A DNA stretch of 64,000 nucleotides from Pseudomonas phage sp. 30-2. The translations under genes were made by a program, and so were the position numbers. The stretch lies in the sequence record LC727697.1; one strand, written 5' to 3'. Of the stretch, positions 59,090-64,000 are shown piece by piece; positions within the stretch are counted from its first letter, which is position 1, and every line of letters begins with the position of its first letter. Below the pieces are notes generated by a model. The model did not search any database and was not told the DNA's origin. It worked only from the letters and a program-made list of their open reading frames with translations.

Positions 59090-59694
59090 ATTTCATCAAT
59101 ATCCCATATACTAAACTGTTTTGATATTTTGAATGTGTGTTTATATATAGTATTATAATTATACACGGTCAATGAAAAGTACAGGAAACTCCTGGAACTA
59201 AAATGTACATTACATAAATCTGTATCATTTACATGCGATATTATTTTATAATTGATGTTATTTCGTGATCCTGTGGGAGTCGTCGTTATATACTGTAGAT
59301 TGTGTGTTGTAAATTGACATTCTCTTACTTCTTTTACTATAAAAGGAATAAACATATCAAACGATATGTTTTTAAAATGGATAGCAAACGAAGTTTCATA
59401 TTTGTTAGTATGTAATATATCTGATACTTTGGTCTGTTTTTTAATGTCTTGATAGGCATAATGACCATCAGACCATGTTATCGTATTTAAAAATAATTTA
59501 TTATTTACAGAAGGCACTATTTTGATATTATATATAACTTCACTTACTATACCAGTTGAGTACCATCGTAAGATTATAGATTGATTACTTACATATGTGC
59601 CAGCTGGTTTGCATTCAGAAACACATTTAGAAAATAAAAATATATTAGCAATAACTTCAGTCACACCTACTAATAAACATTCATTTTTGAACAC
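59083..59694 (-). CDS. hypothetical protein (203 aa), first gene of the operon
   Basis: 7-nt overlap coupling. Confidence 0.5.
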   Translation of the reverse strand: MFKNECLLVGVTEVIANIFLFSKCVSECKPAGTYVSNQSIILRWYSTGIVSEVIYNIKIVPSVNNKLFLNTITWSDGHYAYQDIKKQTKVSDILHTNKYETSFAIHFKNISFDMFIPFIVKEVRECQFTTHNLQYITTTPTGSRNNINYKIISHVNDTDLCNVHFSSRSFLYFSLTVYNYNTIYKHTFKISKQFSIWDIDEIC

Positions 59695-59824
59695 ACTATA
59701 TATCCTATTATGAAAATATAATTACAGAAACGACTAATATTTTACATTAATTATTATATTCAAAAATACATGATTGCAGGCAACATTCAACTAAAAATGT
59801 CATTTATTGTTTATTTCTTATATA

Positions 59825-59853
59825 AAATAAGGGACATAAAGTCCCTTATTTTA
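59825..59853 (-). terminator. hairpin aaaataaggga-cataaa-gtcccttatttt
   Basis: Perfect stem. Downstream of 59881-60240. Confidence 0.6.
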
Positions 59854-59880
59854 TATAAACCGAGCGCACTCGCCGCCGGT

Positions 59881-60240
59881 TTAGTCGTCAGTGTCGAACT
59901 CGAACTGATCGTCGCCGTGTTGAAGCTTGAGCATCATAATGTGCTCTTTCGGCACCCGGTCGCCGACGGCTTTTTCGTATTCATCCCAGGTGCGGATGAT
60001 GTCACCGTCCACTGCCCATGCGTTTTTCTTTTTCCCGTTGATGTGGGTGGCCGGACCGAGCAAGCGGTGCATGTTGCCCTGAATGTTCAGCCACACCTTG
60101 TTGCCGTCCTTGTCAACGATGCAGTAGGAGTCGATTTCCTGGAGAACGTATTCGGTTACGCCGCCGACTTGACCATCGACGACCTTCGAGTGCTCGGGAA
60201 ATTCTGCCAGTGCCCATGCTTCTTCGTAGCTTTTTGCCAT
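59881..60240 (-). CDS. GC-rich hypothetical acidic protein (119 aa)
   Basis: About 55% GC island. The plus-strand ORF 59770-60279 is its antisense artefact. Confidence 0.6.
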   Translation of the reverse strand: MAKSYEEAWALAEFPEHSKVVDGQVGGVTEYVLQEIDSYCIVDKDGNKVWLNIQGNMHRLLGPATHINGKKKNAWAVDGDIIRTWDEYEKAVGDRVPKEHIMMLKLQHGDDQFEFDTDD

Positions 60241-60314
60241 TGCAAATTACCTCTCGGTTGTATTAATGTTGTTTGTTAAGCTTCTTAGCTTGATATACAG
60301 TATAGCGCAAAATA

Positions 60315-60614
60315 TTATGTTCGTCTAGTTACGTTTACTTTATTACATTTTTGCCTCTGCTGTTTAGTTGAAGACTTAGCTTTAATATAAAGTAATTTTA
60401 TTTTAGCTTGTTTACATACGGTATGCAATTGTTTAATAAGTTGTTTTACAGAATTTCGTCTAAAATTTAAAGATCTAAAATAAACATCTTTAACTTGTTC
60501 TGAATAGAACTTTGTATAATGTTGCATTAGGTCTTCATTAAGTTCTTTTTTTGTTCTTTTAAACTCTTTTATTTCTTCGATTAAAAGATTTATTTTATAT
60601 TCTATTTTTTTCAT
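60315..60614 (-). CDS. basic Lys/Arg-rich protein (99 aa)
   Basis: ORF with high pI composition. Confidence 0.4.
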   Translation of the reverse strand: MKKIEYKINLLIEEIKEFKRTKKELNEDLMQHYTKFYSEQVKDVYFRSLNFRRNSVKQLIKQLHTVCKQAKIKLLYIKAKSSTKQQRQKCNKVNVTRRT

Positions 60615-60858
60615 ATTCCCTATATAATCTACAAGACTGTATATATTGGTCGCATTCTTCGTTAACGTAATAATTTTGCAATACTATTCCCTGGTTAAAC
60701 GGGGTTTTATAATATATTTCTATTATATTTGCTCTTGTGCTAATATATATATGAGCAACGGTAGAATAGTTTCTTATATTATATTGCATTTCAAACATTT
60801 CTTTTGTTATTGTTTTACATACCATAGTATAATCCTCATTACGATTTATAAAACACAT
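60595..60858 (-). CDS. hypothetical protein (87 aa)
   Basis: ORF. Confidence 0.4.
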   Translation of the reverse strand: MCFINRNEDYTMVCKTITKEMFEMQYNIRNYSTVAHIYISTRANIIEIYYKTPFNQGIVLQNYYVNEECDQYIQSCRLYREYEKNRI

Positions 60859-61405
60859 GATTACCTAATTTGGCAGTTTTTCTCATTTTCTTTGCCCAAT
60901 ACGGTTTGCTTACTCTGTGCGGTGCATAATAATGATCTGCGCCGTTGGTGGGATCGCTAGATAGTCTATTTATAGCCCTATATGCTACTATATTAGCTAA
61001 ATCCCATTTATCTTTTTCTTTAAAACCTTGTTTTCTACTGCCGTCGCAAGTATAACTAAATTGGCATTTATAGTAAACCACACTGTACGGGGTGTTGGGC
61101 CATCTAGTAGGATTCATGGCTCTATTTAATATCGTAAATGCTACACCTTGCATTCCGATCCTAGATTCACTACGCGCTTCATAATATATTGCTTCTGCTA
61201 CTGCCCTGCAATTCTTTCTTCTTTTACACAACGCTATATATGATTTTATTTTATCTTCATCATTTATAGCAAATTCTTCTTTTAGTTTTTCTTCTTTTAG
61301 TTTAAGGTTAGTAATGTATTCAAATTCTTTAGAATACATTTTGTCTGCTACCATACAACTTGCAGCGATAGCGAGACTAAGTAGAGTTGCCTCAGTTGTA
61401 GTCAT
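60839..61405 (-). CDS. cell-wall hydrolase of the SleB/CwlJ (Hydrolase_2) family, putative endolysin with an N-terminal hydrophobic signal/anchor
   Basis: AEAIYYEARSESRIGMQGVAFTILNRAMNPTRWPNT...YKCQFS...HYYAPH...KPYWA...LGNHVFY matches SleB blocks. N-terminal TLLSLAIAASCMVA. Confidence 0.75.
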   Translation of the reverse strand: MTTTEATLLSLAIAASCMVADKMYSKEFEYITNLKLKEEKLKEEFAINDEDKIKSYIALCKRRKNCRAVAEAIYYEARSESRIGMQGVAFTILNRAMNPTRWPNTPYSVVYYKCQFSYTCDGSRKQGFKEKDKWDLANIVAYRAINRLSSDPTNGADHYYAPHRVSKPYWAKKMRKTAKLGNHVFYKS

Positions 61406-61415
61406 GCAGAAATTC

Positions 61416-61655
61416 CTATAATTCTATTATAAGTATTTCGTCAGAATCTTTCGGAAAAGAAAACTTCTGTTTTGTTGTATGAATTCGTTTTTGATACCCA
61501 TCGGTGCATTTGTATATTTTAACAACATTTAGAAATCCTGTGTATTCTGTTTCTGTTTCTTCTAGAAATTCTAAATAACCTTCCTGTCTGATAACTATAT
61601 CGTATATTTCGGCATTACCCCGGCAAATACGTTGTTCTTTTATATAAACTCTCAT
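61416..61655 (-). CDS. hypothetical protein (79 aa)
   Basis: ORF. Confidence 0.4.
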   Translation of the reverse strand: MRVYIKEQRICRGNAEIYDIVIRQEGYLEFLEETETEYTGFLNVVKIYKCTDGYQKRIHTTKQKFSFPKDSDEILIIEL

Positions 61656-62085
61656 TATTATATTTCTTTATATAAGATATTACTTCTGGATGTACTAAAT
61701 AATTTTTGGATGGATACACAAAAAACGAACCATTCAGTGTATTGTCGTATTTAAAAAAGTAATAGTTTGATAATTGTGTACCAAAATCATAAAAATTCAT
61801 TGATATAAGATTACATTTTGCTACAGAAATAATTCCTTTTGTATTACAGGCAATAAAATAATCCTCGTCGAGTGGCATGTCAATCGATATAGTGCAATAA
61901 TCCATGCTTAAGAGACGTTCAAATCTATATGCTCCTATAGTTGTACCTGCTAAATTACTTAACAGAAGTATTTCCGATAGATGATGTTTATGAACACATT
62001 TAAAGAAGACATAGAATCTTATATATTTTATATAAGCAACTTCGTTAAGGAACGCATAAATTGCGTTATACAGCTTTTTAAGCAT
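61615..62085 (-). CDS. hypothetical protein (156 aa)
   Basis: ORF. Confidence 0.45.
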   Translation of the reverse strand: MLKKLYNAIYAFLNEVAYIKYIRFYVFFKCVHKHHLSEILLLSNLAGTTIGAYRFERLLSMDYCTISIDMPLDEDYFIACNTKGIISVAKCNLISMNFYDFGTQLSNYYFFKYDNTLNGSFFVYPSKNYLVHPEVISYIKKYNNESLYKRTTYLPG

Positions 62086-62154
62086 AAGCGTATATAAGCT
62101 CTAGTGTTACATGTTTTTGTAGCATACGCGCAAATTAACGCGCAGTAAAGCGCG

Positions 62155-62460
62155 TTATTGTGTTAACTTTTTAAGTATAAGTAATTCTGTGTGTTCAGCT
62201 AGAGTGTATGTTGGCTGGTCAGCTTCTACATACTGAACAATTTCACATTCGTTGTATATGTCTTGTAAAACCGGGTTATTACGAATAGTAGTAAGATGAG
62301 ATCTAAGTTTACCTAAAGTATTGAATACTTTTCCCGGACCAGAAGTTACAAACGCCGGACTGGAAGACCCTGTGCTAAATGCACCGTCAGAAATGCGACG
62401 AATTCTATATAGTGCGCCTTTCGGTTCATATACTTTGCTATAATTAATTTTTTTCGTCAA
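62155..62460 (-). CDS. hypothetical protein (101 aa)
   Basis: ORF. Confidence 0.45.
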   Translation of the reverse strand: MTKKINYSKVYEPKGALYRIRRISDGAFSTGSSSPAFVTSGPGKVFNTLGKLRSHLTTIRNNPVLQDIYNECEIVQYVEADQPTYTLAEHTELLILKKLTQ

Positions 62461-62968
62461 TTGAAATATCTCCTGTATATTTGTCCCAGCTAGTATGTAC
62501 GGTATTATCTTTTAAATCGTTTAACTTATGACACCATACTCCTTCGTTAGTTTCATCAAAACCTATATCATCTATCTTTAATATAGTGTTTTTATTGTAT
62601 TCGGATATATTTGGTATTTTTGCACTTATAATAGGAATAAATTTATCATACTTAGATAAATCCATTTCTAAAATTGCAGAAGAATTGCATATATCAAAAT
62701 CTAAAGTACACCAAAATCCTTTATTTAAGCAATGCAGTATCATTTGTTTCCATTTAATTACTTCTGTTATATCTATTTTGTGTAGAGGGAAACTTTGGTT
62801 AGCACCGAAATATATATGTTTACAGTTATGTTTCAGTGCATTACTTACTACTTCGTCACCGGCTTGGGGACCAGCAACAAAAAGTGTTTTTTCACCGTAT
62901 ACTGGAGTATGTTCGACTTCTGTTCCTATAAAATAAATTACTTCTTTTCTATCCATTGTTAGTTCCAA
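62444..62968 (-). CDS. hypothetical protein (174 aa)
   Basis: Overlap coupling on both sides. Confidence 0.5.
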   Translation of the reverse strand: MELTMDRKEVIYFIGTEVEHTPVYGEKTLFVAGPQAGDEVVSNALKHNCKHIYFGANQSFPLHKIDITEVIKWKQMILHCLNKGFWCTLDFDICNSSAILEMDLSKYDKFIPIISAKIPNISEYNKNTILKIDDIGFDETNEGVWCHKLNDLKDNTVHTSWDKYTGDISIDEKN

Positions 62969-63861
62969 ATAATATAACCATAATTATAATGTTTCGGGCG
63001 ATTAATCCCTGTACTGAATGCACTTTTCCATTCAGTGTCTCTTTTATATCCCTTAGTCCAAAATTTATTAGGATCAAAGATTTTAGTTTCTACTATTCTA
63101 CATGCATCATTTAATGATTCGTAAAATTTATTATTATCGGGACTAGGGAAATTTATTGTAACAGATTTATGTGCTAATAGATTTAAATCTATTAAAGTTG
63201 GTTTACCTGCGGCACCTATTATTAATAAGGAATTCGTATTCAATATATTATTTGTTAAGGGTGTGTTTAAACCCTGCAGATCAAACACTATGTCATACAA
63301 GTGAATCGGTAGAGTATTATACAACGATTTATTAAAGATAGATTTATTATGAGATCCAACAACATATATTCTATTAGGATCAATATCGTGTTCTTTTGTT
63401 AAGACAGTATACAGTACAGATGCAACAAAACCAGATCCTAGAATAAGTATTTTACCTTCGTTTCTATTTAACTCTACGAATTTGTTCCAATTTTGTGTTA
63501 TTAAATTTAATGATCGAGCAATTGGTTCTAAAATATATCTAGGAGAACATTTAGGGATTTTTACATATTCTTCTGTTTTACAATTATAAAAATCTGAATA
63601 TAAATGATTCGTAGTTGTGGCTACAAAATCTCCCACTTTTACATCAGTAATTTTAGATCCAACTTTTGTTACTATACCTACACTTTCACAACCATATTTG
63701 TTACTAGCATAAGTTGTTTGGTTATAAATTACATTTAAATCATTATTGGAAACACCTACATATTTTGTTTTAACTTCAATTTCTGTATTTTTTATATCGG
63801 GCTTATCCCATACTGTTTCTTCGAATACATTGTTTATGGGATGAAAATAACGGACCTTCAT
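62959..63861 (-). CDS. medium-chain dehydrogenase/reductase (zinc-ADH-like) family protein
   Basis: YGCESVGIV...VKVGDFV (GHE-like block with Cys for His). Rossmann ILILGSGFVASV. Confidence 0.55.
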   Translation of the reverse strand: MKVRYFHPINNVFEETVWDKPDIKNTEIEVKTKYVGVSNNDLNVIYNQTTYASNKYGCESVGIVTKVGSKITDVKVGDFVATTTNHLYSDFYNCKTEEYVKIPKCSPRYILEPIARSLNLITQNWNKFVELNRNEGKILILGSGFVASVLYTVLTKEHDIDPNRIYVVGSHNKSIFNKSLYNTLPIHLYDIVFDLQGLNTPLTNNILNTNSLLIIGAAGKPTLIDLNLLAHKSVTINFPSPDNNKFYESLNDACRIVETKIFDPNKFWTKGYKRDTEWKSAFSTGINRPKHYNYGYIIWN

Positions 63862-63871
63862 TATAAATTCT

Positions 63872-64000
63872 CTATTTGTTTAAGTATCCATTCATCTATT
63901 AAATAATGATAACTCCAAAATCCTTCGTTACTTAAATTTTGTACACAGTTAGATATCATCCGAGAGTATGATGATTCTTCATTATAATCTATATCGAATA
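63872..64000 (-). CDS. 3' end of a CDS whose start lies beyond the window
   Basis: Open minus-strand frame running off the right edge (...LIDEWILKQIENL*). Confidence 0.4.

Overview
This is an AT-rich (roughly 30% GC) segment that looks like part of a large virulent tailed-phage genome. A T4-like hyperplastic region or a jumbo-myovirus accessory region is the most likely setting. The host cannot be determined from the sequence. Nearly every gene lies on the minus strand, tightly packed, often with ATGA-type start/stop overlaps.

Main content:
(1) A tandem array of about 16 kb (21.6-37.5 kb, with 4 more members at 49.0-50.2 kb) holds more than 40 divergent paralogs of about 90-115 aa. Each paralog carries an internally duplicated hhLhLQxNT-like motif. 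The array contains a 2.9-kb ORF-free stretch that looks decayed, and an iteron-like repeat block.
(2) Twelve minus-strand tRNA genes lie at 43.8-48.0 kb. Two CAU-anticodon tRNAs have a body resembling tRNA-Ile2 (the lysidine tRNA) and differ only in the acceptor stem. A phage-encoded TilS-like catalytic-domain protein lies at 37.6-38.2 kb. Two tandem consensus sigma70-type promoters inside a direct repeat sit upstream of the cluster.
(3) A recurring intergenic cassette element occurs at least 14 times. It consists of a GC-clamped hairpin terminator plus a near-palindromic motif TGCAAAT-N7-ATTTGCA. It brackets small genes and several GC-rich (50-65% GC) apparently foreign islands. These islands include Ea22-like genes and a paralogous pair of proteins with Lys/Ala-rich tails.
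(4) A convergent module at 53.3-59.7 kb has two HExxH paralogs on the plus strand facing a minus-strand operon. The operon encodes a classical-clade AAA+ ATPase, membrane proteins and a DnaJ-type zinc-finger protein. This is a candidate uncharacterised system.
(5) Recognisable genes include a SleB/CwlJ-type cell-wall hydrolase, an SGNH hydrolase, an M23-like peptidase with a degenerate HxH motif, a TraR/DksA-type zinc finger, HExxH peptidases and an MDR-type dehydrogenase. Two ORF-free structured regions (6.78-7.01 kb and 15.2-15.45 kb) are candidate ncRNAs.

Every family assignment rests on motif recognition by eye. No database search was possible.
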